Notes: generated by a model from the letters alone, not told the origin. A stretch of 64,000 nucleotides of DNA from an uncultured Synechococcus sp. (GCA_964481635.1 CAYZTU010000001.1:149669-213668); one strand, 5' to 3'. Numbered from the stretch's first letter, positions 50,940 through 63,389 are shown. Translations and numbers: made by a program.

Positions 50940-52901
50940 TCAGTTGACTAGAGCATCTTGGATGGTTTTGTTGAAAATCACCCGCCCCGGTGTCGTGCAA
51001 ACATACTGCACTCGGTAACCGTTGCTGGTACTGCGAATTTTGCGGGTTTCCTGGACACGCTCTCCCCGGCGTTTTTGGCCGTAGAGTTCCAAGGTTTCCG
51101 TGATGCCATCACTGCGGGTCTGGGTGTCTGACCGCAAAAGGGTTTCTTCGCCAATGCCTTTTTTGCGATCCGGCGGCTCTACCTCCACTTCCCCTTCGTA
51201 TCGCAACCAAACCCAGGCGTGCAAATCCACTTGTTTTTGTTCATAGGCCAGAATGACATCGTTCATACTGGCAAAGTGGCGACCCTGGCCTTTTTGGGGG
51301 GTGGGATTTTCCGCCGTCAGGTAGTAGGCTCCCAGCACCATGTCCTGACTGGGGGCGATGATGGGTTGGCCGGTGGCGGGGGAGAGCAAGTTCCCGGCGG
51401 CCAACATCAACACCCGCGCTTCCGCCTGGGCTTCCAAGGACAGGGGGACGTGGACGGCCATCTGATCCCCGTCAAAGTCGGCGTTGAAGGCGGGACAGAC
51501 CAGGGGATGGAGTTGGATCGCCCGCCCTTCGACCAAAATCGGCTCAAAGGCTTGAATTCCCAGACGGTGTAGGGTCGGTGCCCGGTTGAGCAGGATGGGA
51601 TGGCCTTGGATGACTTCCTGGAGGATGTCCCACACGTCCGGGTCTTCCCGTTGGATTTTTTTCTTGGCGGCCTTGATATTGTTGACAATTCCCAGGTGGA
51701 TCAGGCGGTGGATGACGAAGGGTTGAAACAATTCAATCGCCATTTCCCGGGGCAGACCACACTGGTAGAGCTTGAGTTTTGGCCCGACGACGATCACCGA
51801 ACGCCCGGAGTAGTCCACCCGTTTGCCCAGCAGGTTTTGCCGGAACCGCCCCTGTTTCCCCTCAATGATGTCGGAGAGGGATTTCAAGGGACGGTTGTTG
51901 GGGCCGGCCACGGTACGTCCCCGGCGGCCATTGTCAATCAGGGCATCCACCGCTTCCTGGAGCATCCGTTTTTCGTTACGGACGATGATCTCCGGAGCGA
52001 GGATTTCCTGTAACCGGGCGAGCCGGTTGTTGCGGTTGATCACCCGGCGGTACAGGTCGTTCAAATCCGAGGTGGCGAAGCGTCCCCCGTCCAACTGCAC
52101 CATGGGGCGCAACTCCGGCGGGATCACCGGGATCACGTCCAAGACCATCCATTCCGGTTGGGCACCCGTGGCGATAAAGCTGTCAATCACCCGCAGGCGT
52201 TTGATCAGCTTGGGTTTGCGTTGCCCCTTGGCAGTGGCGATTTCCTGGCGCAGGTTTTCCGCTTCGATTTCCAAGCCCCGCCGACCGTCCTGTTCCTTAT
52301 CTAGGTCTTGGAGCAGTTGCTGGATGGCCTCCGCCCCAAAGCCGATTTCTACCCCGCTCAGGTGGGTGTCCTCCCGGTACAGCTCGTCTTCGATGTCCAT
52401 GCGCTGGTCTTCGGTGAGGAGTTGCTTGTAGCTGAGGTTTTCGGCGTTGCCGGGGTTCAAGACCACGTAGGCGTTGAAATAAACCACCTGCTCCACGTCC
52501 CGCAGTGCCATGTCCAGCAAAATGGCAATGTAGCTGGGAATCCCCTTCAAATACCAGACGTGGGTGACGGGGGCGGCCAGCTTGATGTAGCCCATGCGGT
52601 GGCGGCGCACCCGGGATTCGGTCACCTCCACGCCGCACCGTTCGCAGACGATGCCCCGGTAGCGGACTCGTTTGTACTTACCGCAGTGGCATTCCCAGTC
52701 CTTGACCGGGCCAAATATCCGCTCGCAGAACAGCCCATCCATCTCCGGCTTGAGGGTGCGGTAGTTGATGGTTTCCGGTTTGGTGACCTCCCCCACTACT
52801 TGACCATTAGGCAGGGTGCGTTCTCCCCAGTGACGGATGCGCTCCGGGGAGGCGATGCGGATTTTCACAAAATCAAAACTACCAGAATCAGTCCGGGTCA
52901 C
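50940..52901 (-). CDS. rpoC1: DNA-directed RNA polymerase subunit gamma (the N-terminal portion of beta').
   Basis: Zinc-binding [23 protein letters not shown] and the catalytic [12 protein letters not shown] motif. Confidence 0.95.
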   Translation of the reverse strand: MTRTDSGSFDFVKIRIASPERIRHWGERTLPNGQVVGEVTKPETINYRTLKPEMDGLFCERIFGPVKDWECHCGKYKRVRYRGIVCERCGVEVTESRVRRHRMGYIKLAAPVTHVWYLKGIPSYIAILLDMALRDVEQVVYFNAYVVLNPGNAENLSYKQLLTEDQRMDIEDELYREDTHLSGVEIGFGAEAIQQLLQDLDKEQDGRRGLEIEAENLRQEIATAKGQRKPKLIKRLRVIDSFIATGAQPEWMVLDVIPVIPPELRPMVQLDGGRFATSDLNDLYRRVINRNNRLARLQEILAPEIIVRNEKRMLQEAVDALIDNGRRGRTVAGPNNRPLKSLSDIIEGKQGRFRQNLLGKRVDYSGRSVIVVGPKLKLYQCGLPREMAIELFQPFVIHRLIHLGIVNNIKAAKKKIQREDPDVWDILQEVIQGHPILLNRAPTLHRLGIQAFEPILVEGRAIQLHPLVCPAFNADFDGDQMAVHVPLSLEAQAEARVLMLAAGNLLSPATGQPIIAPSQDMVLGAYYLTAENPTPQKGQGRHFASMNDVILAYEQKQVDLHAWVWLRYEGEVEVEPPDRKKGIGEETLLRSDTQTRSDGITETLELYGQKRRGERVQETRKIRSTSNGYRVQYVCTTPGRVIFNKTIQDALVN

Positions 52902-52951
52902 GGTTTACCTCCATGCAGTAGATCAGCGGCAACGGTACATCAGCGGCAAGG

Positions 52952-55900
52952 TTAATCCTCGTCCTCATCCCGCCCCAGGGATTCGTAGGCGGTGGGTCGG
53001 GGCGGCACCCGGCGGGCACCGGCGGGGTCGGTCATCAGGTCTACTTCCACCACGCTCGTTTCTCCGGTGGTTTCGTCCTCCTTGTTTTTGTAGGCGGCAA
53101 TGTCAATACAGAGCGATTGCAACTCTCGCATCAACACCTTGAAGGATTCCGGGGTGCCAGGTTCGGGGATGGGACGGCCTTTGACGATGGCATTCAGGGC
53201 TTCGTTACGCCCCCGGGTGTCATCGGATTTGACGGTGAGCAATTCCTGCAAAATGTGCGCCACCCCGAAGGCTTCCAGTGCCCAGACCTCCATTTCCCCA
53301 AACCGTTGGCCGCCCTGCTGGGCTTTCCCCCCTAGGGGTTGCTGGGTGACCAGGGAGTAGGGGCCGGTGGAGCGGGCGTGGATTTTGTCGTCCACCAAAT
53401 GCACCAGCTTCAGCATATAAGCACAACCCACGGTCACCGGGCGGTCAAAGGGTTCACCGGTACGGCCATCGGTCAAAATCACCTTGCCGGGATGCTCGGT
53501 GCTGAATAACCAAGGTTTGCGGGTTTTGCGGGCGGCCTCCTGGAGCTTGCCATGCACCAGTTTTTTGGAGGCTTCCGGGCCGTACATTTCATCAAAGGGA
53601 ATCAGCTTAAAGCGTTTGCCCAGGTGCAGACCAGCCAGCCCCAGCAGGCATTCAAACACCTGTCCCACGTTCATCCGCGAGGGCACCCCCAGGGGATTCA
53701 ACACAATATCAATCGGGGTGCCATCGGGCAGGTGGGGCATATCCTGGCGGGCGAGAATCCGGGAAATAATCCCCTTGTTGCCGTGGCGACCGGCCATTTT
53801 ATCCCCCACCTGGATTTTGCGCTTTTGCGCCACGTACACCCGCACCACCATGTTCACGCCGGGGGGCAGTTCGTCCTTGTAGTCTTTATTAAAAACCCGC
53901 ACGTCCACCACCCGGCCTTTTTCGCCGTTGGGCACCCGCAGGGAATTGTCCCGCACATCCCGGGCTTTTTCCCCAAAAATCGCCCGTAGCAGTTTCTCCT
54001 CCGGCGGCTGGTCGGATTCCCCTTTGGGAGTGACTTTGCCCACCAAAATTGCCCCGGATTCCACCCAGGCACCCACCCGGATGATGCCGTTTTCATCCAA
54101 CTGGCCGAGGGCATCTTCCCCCACGTTGGGCAATTCCCGGGTGATCTCCTCCGGTCCAAGCTTGGTCTGGCGGGCTTCAATTTCGTACTTCTCTACGTGG
54201 ATGGTGGTATAGACATCCTCGGAGACCAACCGCTCGGAAATGAGAATGGCATCCTCGTAGTTGTACCCTTCCCAGGGCATATAGGCCACCAGCACGTTCC
54301 GCCCTAAGGCCAATTCCCCCCCCTCGGTGGCGGAGCCGTCGGCCAGCACCTGCCCCCGCTTCACCTCATCCCCCACATAGACCAAGGGGCGTTGATTGAT
54401 GCAGGTGTCCTGGTTGGAACGTTGGTACTTCTGCATCGGGTAGGTGATTTCCATCCCCTGGGTACTCCGCACCGTGATGCGACTGGCATCCACGTAGGTC
54501 ACCTCCCCGTCCGTGCGGCTCACCGCCACCATCCCGGAATCTCGGGCGGCCTGGGCTTCCAAACCGGTGCCCACAAACGGACGCTGGGGACGCAACAGGG
54601 GCACCGCCTGCCGTTGCATATTGGAACCCATCAGCGCCCGGTTGGCATCGTCGTGTTCCAAAAAGGGAATCATGGAAGTCGCCACGGACACCACCTGCAC
54701 GGGCGACACGGCCACAAATTCCACCTCCTGCCGCTCGCACTGGGTCACGGCGCGGTTGTAGCGCACGGTGATCAGCGGCTCCAGAATGTTGCCCGCTTCA
54801 TCGGCACGAATATCCCCCGGGGCTACCCGGCGTTCATCCTCTTGGTCGGCGGTCATATAAACGGGGGGCAAATCCCGGCGAATCCTGCCGTGATCCACCC
54901 GGTAAAAGGGGGTTTCGATAAAGCCGTACTGGTTCACCCGGGCGTAGGTCGCCAGGGAACCAATTAGCCCCGCATTCGGCCCTTCCGGGGTTTCGATCGG
55001 GCAGATGCGCCCGTAGTGAGAGGGGTGAATGTCCCGCACCGCAAACCCCGCCCGCTCCCGGCTCAAGCCCCCCGGACCGAGGGCACTGATCCGACGTTTG
55101 TGGGTCAATTCCGCCAGGGGATTGGTCTGATCCATGAACTGGGAAAGTTGGGAGGAACCGAAAAATTCCTTAATGGCGGCCACCAAGGGCTTGGGATTCA
55201 CCAAATTCACCGGGGTGAGCCGCTCCGCTTCGGCACTGGTCATCCGGTCTTTAATAATGCGTTCCAACCGATTCAACCCCACCCGCACCTGGTTCTGTAG
55301 CAGTTCCCCCACGGAGCGCACCCGCCGGTTGCCCAGGTGGTCAATGTCGTCCACCTCGCCGGTGCCGTGTTCCAGGTTAATCAGGTAATTCACCGCCTTG
55401 AGAATGTCATCCCGGGTCAAGACCCGAATCTCTTCCGGCACCGCCAGTTCCAGCTTTTTGTTGAGCTTGTGCCGCCCCACCTTGCCTAGGTCGTAGCGTT
55501 TTGGGTCAAAAAACCGGGAATGCAATAACTGTTCTCCCCCGCCCACGGTGGGCGGTTCGCCGGGACGCAGTTTGCGGTACAGTTCCAGCAAGGCCTCTTC
55601 TTCGGTGGGGTTCCCCTCTTTGGCGGAGGTTTTCGCCAGGTAATCGGGATAGCGTAAACCGTCAAAAATTTCGTTATCCGCCAACCCCATCGCCTTCAGC
55701 AACACCAGCAGGGACAATTTGCGGGTTTTGTCAATCCGCACCCACACCAAATCGTTTTTGTCCGTCTCGAATTTCAACCAGGCACCCCGGCTGGGGATCA
55801 AGCTGGCACTGTAGGTACGGCGGTTATTTTTGTCCTTATCTTCCTTGTAGTAAATCCCCGGACTGCGGACAATTTGGTTGACGATGACCCGCTCGGCACC

Positions 55901-56242
55901 GTTGATAATAAACGTCCCCCGGTCGGTCATCAAGGGCAGGTCGCCAATAAACACTTCCTGGGTGATAATTTCCCCAGTTTCCTTGTTCATCAATTGGGCG
56001 GGCACATAAACCTGCACCGCATAGGAGGCATCCCGCCGCTTGGCTTCCTCGACATCATATTTGGGGCGTTTGAGTTTGTATTGATCCCCCAGAAAATGCA
56101 GTTCAACTTTGCCCGTGTAGTCCGTAATCGGTGAGAAATTTTTTAATTCTTCAATCAAGCCCTCTTCCAAAAACCAACGGAAACTCGACCGTTGAATTTC
56201 AATCAAATCCGGCAGAAGAAACGAAGTATCATACTGACTCAT
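52952..56242 (-). CDS. rpoB: DNA-directed RNA polymerase subunit beta.
   Basis: 1096 aa with conserved beta-subunit blocks, including the rifampicin-region consensus. Gene order rpoB-rpoC1-rpoC2. Confidence 0.95.
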   Translation of the reverse strand: MSQYDTSFLLPDLIEIQRSSFRWFLEEGLIEELKNFSPITDYTGKVELHFLGDQYKLKRPKYDVEEAKRRDASYAVQVYVPAQLMNKETGEIITQEVFIGDLPLMTDRGTFIINGAERVIVNQIVRSPGIYYKEDKDKNNRRTYSASLIPSRGAWLKFETDKNDLVWVRIDKTRKLSLLVLLKAMGLADNEIFDGLRYPDYLAKTSAKEGNPTEEEALLELYRKLRPGEPPTVGGGEQLLHSRFFDPKRYDLGKVGRHKLNKKLELAVPEEIRVLTRDDILKAVNYLINLEHGTGEVDDIDHLGNRRVRSVGELLQNQVRVGLNRLERIIKDRMTSAEAERLTPVNLVNPKPLVAAIKEFFGSSQLSQFMDQTNPLAELTHKRRISALGPGGLSRERAGFAVRDIHPSHYGRICPIETPEGPNAGLIGSLATYARVNQYGFIETPFYRVDHGRIRRDLPPVYMTADQEDERRVAPGDIRADEAGNILEPLITVRYNRAVTQCERQEVEFVAVSPVQVVSVATSMIPFLEHDDANRALMGSNMQRQAVPLLRPQRPFVGTGLEAQAARDSGMVAVSRTDGEVTYVDASRITVRSTQGMEITYPMQKYQRSNQDTCINQRPLVYVGDEVKRGQVLADGSATEGGELALGRNVLVAYMPWEGYNYEDAILISERLVSEDVYTTIHVEKYEIEARQTKLGPEEITRELPNVGEDALGQLDENGIIRVGAWVESGAILVGKVTPKGESDQPPEEKLLRAIFGEKARDVRDNSLRVPNGEKGRVVDVRVFNKDYKDELPPGVNMVVRVYVAQKRKIQVGDKMAGRHGNKGIISRILARQDMPHLPDGTPIDIVLNPLGVPSRMNVGQVFECLLGLAGLHLGKRFKLIPFDEMYGPEASKKLVHGKLQEAARKTRKPWLFSTEHPGKVILTDGRTGEPFDRPVTVGCAYMLKLVHLVDDKIHARSTGPYSLVTQQPLGGKAQQGGQRFGEMEVWALEAFGVAHILQELLTVKSDDTRGRNEALNAIVKGRPIPEPGTPESFKVLMRELQSLCIDIAAYKNKEDETTGETSVVEVDLMTDPAGARRVPPRPTAYESLGRDEDED

Positions 56243-56263
56243 AACATCATCCCCTGAACGACA

Positions 56264-57055
56264 TTAAGCGACCGCAACCGGCAACCGAAATAAACGCTGG
56301 GCATTCTCGGTGGTTTGATGCGCCACCTTCGCTAAGGATTCCCCCCGCAGAGATGCCACTTTTTCCGCCACGGACAGCACATAGCTGGGTTCATTGCGCT
56401 GACCCCGATGGGGCACGGGTGCCAAAAACGGGCAGTCCGTTTCCACCACCAACCGCTCCGCTGGCACCAAGGGGGCACAGGCATGGAGAGCATGGGCATT
56501 TTTGAAGGTAATAATGCCGCTGAAACTGATGTAAAACCCCAAGTCCAAAAACCATTGCATCTCCTCCGGTGTACCGCCCCAACAATGCATCACCCCCCGT
56601 ACCCGCCCGTGTTTTGCCCAAAACTTTTCTAACAATTCTCGCATCGCTAGAGCCGCCTCCCGACAGTGGATAATTACGGCGAGGTTATGATTTTGCGCCA
56701 AAAGCAATTGCTCCCAAAACGCCGTTTCCTGCTCGGTGCGATTGGTGGCTTTGTAATAATCCAAACCCGTTTCTCCCACGGCCACCACCCGTTGCCCCTG
56801 GCGAATGCCCGCCTCGATGGCCTGCCAGGTATCCCGCCCCCACTGCTGGGCTTCCAAGGGATGCAATCCCACGGCACAACTAAGTTCCGGCATTTGCCGC
56901 ACGAGGGCTTGAATCGCCGGAAACTCCGCCGGAGTCACGCAGGAGTGAACCAACCCCACTACCCCCGCCGCTTGCCAACGCCGCCGTACCTCCCCCTCCT
57001 GACCGGCGAAGTCCCGAAAGTTGATATGCACATGGGTATCAACCAAAGGCGGCAT
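56264..57055 (-). CDS. tatD: TatD family metal-dependent hydrolase.
   Basis: DTHVHINF N-terminal motif. TIM-barrel hydrolase signature. Confidence 0.85.
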   Translation of the reverse strand: MPPLVDTHVHINFRDFAGQEGEVRRRWQAAGVVGLVHSCVTPAEFPAIQALVRQMPELSCAVGLHPLEAQQWGRDTWQAIEAGIRQGQRVVAVGETGLDYYKATNRTEQETAFWEQLLLAQNHNLAVIIHCREAALAMRELLEKFWAKHGRVRGVMHCWGGTPEEMQWFLDLGFYISFSGIITFKNAHALHACAPLVPAERLVVETDCPFLAPVPHRGQRNEPSYVLSVAEKVASLRGESLAKVAHQTTENAQRLFRLPVAVA

Positions 57056-57060
57056 GGCGA

Positions 57061-57387
<327 letters not shown>

Positions 57388-57613
57388 TTAAAACACAGGA
57401 CAGGAAAACATGAGAATAAGTCATAACCCTGGAAGAGCAGATTTACACTTGGCCTACAAGATAAGTGCTTTATAAGCCTAGAGCATTGGATGCGGATTCG
57501 TCAAGGAGTGGGAGCCTAATGCGGCGGATTCTTAACAGGACTTAACCAACTGCCCTGAATGACGGTCAGATTAAGCTACAACAGGGAAAAGACATGAAGC
57601 GGGGGTCAACCCG

Positions 57614-58906
57614 ATGATGCTACGTGTTGTCACCCAAGGGGCAGAGGCAAAAGCCGAGTTGGGACGGATTGGTCAGCGATTGGCGGACACCCAGGCTCAG
57701 GCGGATCAGGTGCGGGAGATTCTCGCCCAGGTGCAACAACGGGGGGATCAGGCGTTGGTGGACTACACCCGCCGGTTTGACCAGTGGGAGGTTACCCCAG
57801 CGGACTTTTTGGTGTCGGGTTCGGCGCTGGATGCGGCCTACCAGCAGGTGTCCCCGGAATTATTGTCGGCGATTCGCTTGGCGCACAAACGCATTACGGA
57901 GTTTCACCAGCAACGGGTGCCCCAAACCTGGGTGCAGTTTGCCCCGGACGGGATGGTGCTGGGCAAGCGCTACACGGCGGTGGAACGGGCGGGGGTGTAC
58001 GTACCGGGGGGGCGGGCAAGCTATCCCAGTACGGTGTTGATGAATTGCATCCCGGCGAAGGTGGCGGGGGTGGAGCGGGTGGTCATGGTGACCCCGCCGG
58101 GGGGAGAAGGCGTGGTGCATCCGGCGGTGTTGGTGGCCGCCCAGGAATGCGGGGTGCAGGAAATTTATCGCATCGGGGGGGCGCAGGCGATTGGAGCGTT
58201 GGCGTTTGGCACGCAGACCATCCCGCAGGTGGATGTGATCACTGGGCCGGGGAATGTGTACGTGACGTTGGCGAAAAAACAGGTCTATGGCCGGGTGGGG
58301 ATTGACGCTCTGGCGGGGCCTTCCGAGGTGTTGATTATTGCGGATGAGTCGGCGAAGGCCAATCAGGTGGCGGCGGATTTACTGGCGCAGGCGGAGCATG
58401 ACCCCTTGGCGGCGGCGATTTTACTGACCACGGATGCCACCCTCGCGCAGGCGGTGGTGCAGGAGGTGGCAGTGCAACTAGAACACCATCCCCGCCGATT
58501 ATTAACCGAAAAATCCATCGCCCATTACGGGTTGGTGGTGGTGGTGGAATCCCTGGCGCAGGCAGCGGTTTTGACCAATGAATTTGCCCCGGAGCATCTG
58601 GAGTTGGCGGTGGCGGAACCCTGGGATTTGCTCCCCCAGATTCGCCATGCGGGGGCGATTTTCCTGGGGCATTACACCCCGGAGGCGTTGGGGGATTATT
58701 TGGCCGGACCGAATCACACGCTACCCACGTCCGGGGCAGCCCGCTACAGTTCTGCTTTGGGGGTGGAGACATTCCTCAAGTCCACCAGCATTGTCTGTGC
58801 GTCCCCGGCGGCCTTGCACCAGTTGGGCGAAGCTGTGGTAGTGTTAGCGGAAACCGAGGGCTTGCATTCCCATGCTGAATCGGTGCGCCTGCGTTTGGAA
58901 TCCTGA
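57614..58906 (+). CDS. hisD: Histidinol dehydrogenase.
   Basis: Conserved HisD blocks, including the region around the catalytic histidines (AEHDPLAA and GPNHTLPT). Confidence 0.9.
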   Translation: MMLRVVTQGAEAKAELGRIGQRLADTQAQADQVREILAQVQQRGDQALVDYTRRFDQWEVTPADFLVSGSALDAAYQQVSPELLSAIRLAHKRITEFHQQRVPQTWVQFAPDGMVLGKRYTAVERAGVYVPGGRASYPSTVLMNCIPAKVAGVERVVMVTPPGGEGVVHPAVLVAAQECGVQEIYRIGGAQAIGALAFGTQTIPQVDVITGPGNVYVTLAKKQVYGRVGIDALAGPSEVLIIADESAKANQVAADLLAQAEHDPLAAAILLTTDATLAQAVVQEVAVQLEHHPRRLLTEKSIAHYGLVVVVESLAQAAVLTNEFAPEHLELAVAEPWDLLPQIRHAGAIFLGHYTPEALGDYLAGPNHTLPTSGAARYSSALGVETFLKSTSIVCASPAALHQLGEAVVVLAETEGLHSHAESVRLRLES

Positions 58907-59304
58907 TGCTAAAAACGATTCTGGTGGCTGTGGATGGTGCGGGTATCGCCTCCGGGGTACTGCAAAGCCTGCATTGGTTACGGGTGGCACCGGATGGTCA
59001 AGTCCAGCTTGTGTATGTCCGTCCCCCCCTCGCTGATGATAGTCCGGCGGATGCGCCCCACCCGGAACCGGATTTTGCCCCTTGTTTGGAATTTTGTCGG
59101 CAAATTTTGCCCTGCGATTGTCGCGTAAAAATACTAACGGGTGACCCGGCAACGGAGATTGTGGGTTGGGCGGGGGTGATGGGGGCAGAGTTGATTCTCA
59201 TTGGTAGCCGGGGGTTGACGGGGGTAGAGCGGATTTTGCAACGGTCGGTGAGTGCCCAGGTGGTGGCGGATGCGCCCTGTGCGGTGTTGGTGGTGCATGG
59301 CTGA
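58906..59304 (+). CDS. Universal stress protein (UspA family).
   Basis: ILVAVDGA N-terminus and the C-terminal G..RG..G......GSV...V....CPVLVV ATP-binding motif. Confidence 0.8.
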   Translation: MLKTILVAVDGAGIASGVLQSLHWLRVAPDGQVQLVYVRPPLADDSPADAPHPEPDFAPCLEFCRQILPCDCRVKILTGDPATEIVGWAGVMGAELILIGSRGLTGVERILQRSVSAQVVADAPCAVLVVHG

Positions 59305-60835
59305 ACACCTGCCCGCTTTGATCCAGCAGATGCAGCGGGCGGAATTTTATCCCCATCCGGTGGGGGAAATTAGCGTCACCCAAACCCATATTTCCTGGGT
59401 GATTTTAACGGGTGATTATGCCTATAAGGTGAAGAAACCCGCTAATTTTGGATTTTTAGATTTTTCTACCCTGGACAAACGCCAAAAATTTTGCCAGGAG
59501 GAGTTGCGGCTCAATCAACGGTTAGCCCCGGCCTTGTATGGGGAAGTTTTGCCAATTACGGTTAATTCTGAAGGTAAATATGCGTTGGGAACTGCGGGTG
59601 AAATCATAGAATATACACTCAAAATGCGCCAGTTTGAGCAACGGGATTTGTGGTTAAACTGTTTTGAGCAGGGTAGATTAACCGTTCAGGATTTAGAGAA
59701 TTTGGGGGGACAAATCGCCCAGTTTCATCAGGAATCCCCCACGAATGAATACATCACCCGTTTTGGCTCTTTGGCAATGATTAAGATGGTGGTGGATAGC
59801 AACTATGATGCAACGGAATCCTACACAACGGATTGGGGTTTGGCGAGAGAATTTCAGGAAATTCGTGGGTTCACCGATAATTATTTAGAAACGCATCAGG
59901 ATTGGTTTATCGAGCGGCAAAATCTAGGGAAAATCCGGGAATGTCACGGGGACTTACATCTGGGCAATATCTGTTTTTTTCAAGGGCGTGCCTGTGTGTT
60001 TGATTGCATTGAATTTAACGAAGAATTTCGCTTGACCGATGGGGTGTATGATGTGGCTTTTTTGGTGATGGATTTGGAGTTTCGGGGGCGCAAGGATTTA
60101 GCCTATGCTTTTTTGAGTCGTTATTTAGAATTAACCGGAGATTATTTGGCAGCTAGATTACTGCCCTTTTACTGTAGTATTCGGGCGTACATTCGGGCAA
60201 AGGTGAACTCTTTTTTGTCCAGCGATCCGGGCGCACCGGTAGCGTTACGAGAGGAGGCCAAAACAACGGCAATTCACTACTATCGAGCCGCCTGGAATTA
60301 TAGTCAAAAGCAAAAACCCCAGTTATGGATCATGGCGGGTTTATCCGGTTCGGGAAAATCTACAGTTGCCCGTTTTCTCAGCCAAAAGTATGGGGCAATT
60401 CACATTCGTTCCGATGCGGTGCGTAAGCATTTGGGGGGGGTGCCATTACAGCAAAAGGGCGGCGCAGAGCTTTACACTCCCGCCATGACCGAGCGTACCT
60501 ACGGGGAGTTATTACGTTTAGCCGTTGCCCTGTTAACGGCGGGACAATCGGTGGTTTTGGATGCCAAATATGACCGGGTGAATTTACGTCAGCAGGTATT
60601 AAATGCGGTGGGGGATTTACCGATTTCCGGGCGCATTATTCACATTCAAGCTCCGGTCGCCGTCCTGCAAGAACGCTTGGATAACCGCACGGGAGATATT
60701 GCCGATGCCACGGCGGATTTGATTGCCCAACAATCGGCGCAGTGGGAACCTTTTACGGAAGCAGAACAGGCTTGGGTAACCACCGTGGATACCACCCTAG
60801 CCCCTTCGGCATGGCAACTCCTCCTATCCGCATGA
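59297..60835 (+). CDS. Bifunctional protein: an N-terminal aminoglycoside-phosphotransferase-like kinase domain fused to a C-terminal P-loop (AAA_33/gluconokinase-like) ATPase.
   Basis: Brenner motif HGDLHLGNICFF and DFxE-like region. C-terminal Walker A MAGLSGSGKSTVA. Start ATG overlaps the usp stop. Confidence 0.7.
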   Translation: MAEHLPALIQQMQRAEFYPHPVGEISVTQTHISWVILTGDYAYKVKKPANFGFLDFSTLDKRQKFCQEELRLNQRLAPALYGEVLPITVNSEGKYALGTAGEIIEYTLKMRQFEQRDLWLNCFEQGRLTVQDLENLGGQIAQFHQESPTNEYITRFGSLAMIKMVVDSNYDATESYTTDWGLAREFQEIRGFTDNYLETHQDWFIERQNLGKIRECHGDLHLGNICFFQGRACVFDCIEFNEEFRLTDGVYDVAFLVMDLEFRGRKDLAYAFLSRYLELTGDYLAARLLPFYCSIRAYIRAKVNSFLSSDPGAPVALREEAKTTAIHYYRAAWNYSQKQKPQLWIMAGLSGSGKSTVARFLSQKYGAIHIRSDAVRKHLGGVPLQQKGGAELYTPAMTERTYGELLRLAVALLTAGQSVVLDAKYDRVNLRQQVLNAVGDLPISGRIIHIQAPVAVLQERLDNRTGDIADATADLIAQQSAQWEPFTEAEQAWVTTVDTTLAPSAWQLLLSA

Positions 60836-60971
60836 GGTGCCAGTGGCGAGGTTGGGGCGGAGGGGATGGGCTTGCTGTTGTCCGTTGGCAACCGCCCTGC
60901 TGTCAAAAATGATACAATTTTTAATAAATTTAGATTTTGATTATCTGGCCTAGGAGTCAGCGGGGGGCGAT

Positions 60972-62165
60972 GTGCCGGGAGGTTTGGGGCGGTTGTTCGG
61001 GTCAGCCTTATTGTTTTGGTTGGGGCTGACGTTGCTTTTGCCGACGCTACCGCTTTATCTGGATGAGGTACTAGGGGCGAGCGATTCGCAGATTGGCTGG
61101 GTGATTGGGGCGTTTGCGGTGGGGATGTTGCTGTTCCGGGAGCCGGTCGGACGCTTGACGGATGAACGGGGGCGCAAGCTGGGGATTCAAATTGGGTTGA
61201 TGGTGTTGGCGACGGCTCCCCTGGGGTATCTCTGGTTGCAGGGGATTCCCGCCCTGTTGGTGTTGCGGGCGTACCACGGGTTGAGTGTGGCGGCCTTTGC
61301 GACGGGGTATTTGGCTTTGGTGACGGATTTGGCTCCGGTGGCTCGGCGGGGGCAGGTGTTGGGGTACATGACCTTAGCGCAACCGGTGGGGGTGGCGTTG
61401 GGACCGGCCATCGGGGGATTCTTGGCGGATCAGGGGCAATACCCAGCGATTTTTGGGCTGTCGGCGCTGTTGGGGGGGTTGAGTTGGGGGCTGTGTACCT
61501 GGGGGGTGCAGGAACCGCAACGGGTGCGGGCGGAAACGAGCCGGGGGGCTTCCTGGGGGTTATTGCTCACGCCCCGGTTACGCACGCCCGCTTTGGTGTT
61601 TTTGCTGGTGGGGTTGTTGTTTGGCAGTTTGCAGATTTTTATTCCCCTTTTTATCAAACGCCAGGGAATTCCGATGAATCCGGGTTTGTTTTACACGGCG
61701 GTGGCCATTGCCAGCTTCTCGGTGCGGCTCGCTTTGGGGCAGGCCGCCGACCGGTGGGGGCGGGGGCGGTTGATTACGGTCAGCTTGGGCTGCTATTGGT
61801 TGGCGATGGTGACGCTGTGGTGGGCGCAGGGGGTGCCCTGGTTGCTGCTGGCCGGGGGATTGGAAGGTATCGGGGCGGGGTTGTTGATTCCTGGTATGGC
61901 GGCTTTGATTGCCGACCGTTCCCACGCCCGGGAGCGGGGACGTAGTTTTGGGCTGTGTTTGGGGGGTTTTGACCTGGGAATTGCCCTCGCTGGTCCGGTG
62001 TTGGGCAATTTAGCGGCGGAATTGGGGTTGCGGGAGGTGTTTGGCGGGTTGGCCGGGGTGGCCTTGCTGGCCTTGGGGGTGTATATGCTGTGGATTGGTA
62101 AAAATCCCCGGGACTCCCTTGCTTTTGCCTTGAGCAATAGCCCGGATGCCTACCGCATCTCCTAA
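60972..62165 (+). CDS. MFS transporter.
   Basis: About 12 predicted TM helices. GRLTDERGRK MFS loop motif. Confidence 0.8.
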   Translation: MPGGLGRLFGSALLFWLGLTLLLPTLPLYLDEVLGASDSQIGWVIGAFAVGMLLFREPVGRLTDERGRKLGIQIGLMVLATAPLGYLWLQGIPALLVLRAYHGLSVAAFATGYLALVTDLAPVARRGQVLGYMTLAQPVGVALGPAIGGFLADQGQYPAIFGLSALLGGLSWGLCTWGVQEPQRVRAETSRGASWGLLLTPRLRTPALVFLLVGLLFGSLQIFIPLFIKRQGIPMNPGLFYTAVAIASFSVRLALGQAADRWGRGRLITVSLGCYWLAMVTLWWAQGVPWLLLAGGLEGIGAGLLIPGMAALIADRSHARERGRSFGLCLGGFDLGIALAGPVLGNLAAELGLREVFGGLAGVALLALGVYMLWIGKNPRDSLAFALSNSPDAYRIS

Positions 62166-62217
62166 ACACGGCGGAAATCAATTGTGTTAATATCTTGACA
62201 AACCTTGCCCTGGGGAA

Positions 62218-62718
62218 GTGATGGCGAAGGTCTTGGTACTGAATGCTTCCTATGAGCCATTGAATATCACCACCTGGAAGCGGGCGGCGGTGCTGGTACT
62301 CAAGGGCAAGGCGGAGCAGTTAGAACACAATGGCAAGGTGGTTTATCCCAATTTTTCCCTACCTACGGTGATTCGCCTGCGGCATTACGTGAACATTCCC
62401 CACAAGGAAATCCCCCTCACTCGCCGCAATGTCCTACACCGGGATGGGCATAGCTGTCAGTACTGTGGCTATACGGGGGAGGATTTAACCCTGGATCATG
62501 TGGTACCCAAATCCCGGGGCGGGGGGGAATCCTGGGAGAATATCGTTACCGCCTGTGTCCGGTGCAATATCAAAAAGGGTAACCGTACCCCAGATGAAGC
62601 GCGTTTGCCCCTGCGCCAACGCCCCCGCCGTCCCCACAGTAGCTTACATTTTGAGGTGAGCAAGCATCTGCGGGGTGGTTCTAACCAGGAATGGCGGAAG
62701 TATGTGATTGGTTTGTAG
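62218..62718 (+). CDS. HNH endonuclease.
   Basis: CQYCG...DLTLDHVVPKSRGG...N...AC..CN HNH motif. Confidence 0.85.
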   Translation: MMAKVLVLNASYEPLNITTWKRAAVLVLKGKAEQLEHNGKVVYPNFSLPTVIRLRHYVNIPHKEIPLTRRNVLHRDGHSCQYCGYTGEDLTLDHVVPKSRGGGESWENIVTACVRCNIKKGNRTPDEARLPLRQRPRRPHSSLHFEVSKHLRGGSNQEWRKYVIGL

Positions 62719-62739
62719 TGTTAATGTGATGTCGCAAAG

Positions 62740-63324
62740 ATGACAATTCCACAGATTACGGCGGAACAACTGCGGCAGAGGTACCTAGACGGGGAACGGA
62801 GTTTCCGGCGGGTGGACTTGAACCGGGTGGATTTGCACGGCATGAAGCTCGCCGGAATTGACCTGGAGCGGGCAAATCTATATCGGGCGGATTTATTCGA
62901 GGCTGACCTCACGGGCGCTCACCTGGGGGGAACCATTCTCTGCCGGTGTAATCTCACCCGTGCCCGGCTCAATCAGGCGGGGTTGCGGGAGGCGGATATG
63001 ATTTTTGCTAATTTTGGGGAGGCACAACTCCAGGAGGCCGATTTACGAGGGGCTTATCTGCGGGGGGTGGATGGGTTAAATGCCCAGATGCAGGGTTGTA
63101 CCTTGGCGCATAGCAACCTCACGGAGGCCAATCTTTATCACGCCAACCTGTCCGGGGCGGATTTGACGGGGGCATTTTTGGTGGTAGCGATTTTACGGGG
63201 TGCCAATCTCTCCGGTGCTAATCTTTCTGGGGCGAATTTGGCGGGTGCGAGTATGCGGGGGGCGAATTTAGCGGGTGCCAATCTCACCGGGGCAGTGATG
63301 CCGGATGGAACGATCCATCCCTAA
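62740..63324 (+). CDS. Pentapeptide repeat protein.
   Basis: Tandem A(D/N)L..(A/G) pentapeptides throughout the ORF. Confidence 0.9.
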   Translation: MTIPQITAEQLRQRYLDGERSFRRVDLNRVDLHGMKLAGIDLERANLYRADLFEADLTGAHLGGTILCRCNLTRARLNQAGLREADMIFANFGEAQLQEADLRGAYLRGVDGLNAQMQGCTLAHSNLTEANLYHANLSGADLTGAFLVVAILRGANLSGANLSGANLAGASMRGANLAGANLTGAVMPDGTIHP

Positions 63325-63389
63325 TGTTTGTAGTACGTTGTCGTTACAAAACTCTGCTCAATAATCCAATGAAATAACTGGCGGCTTCC

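Noticed and set aside
47057-56242. Many 60-200-aa ORFs antisense to, or frame-shifted within, rpoC2, rpoC1 and rpoB (for example 47495-48037, 49658-50314, 54392-54967).
   Set aside because: These are typical shadow ORFs of high-GC coding sequence. They are Pro/Gly/Arg-rich, and the real genes cover the region completely.
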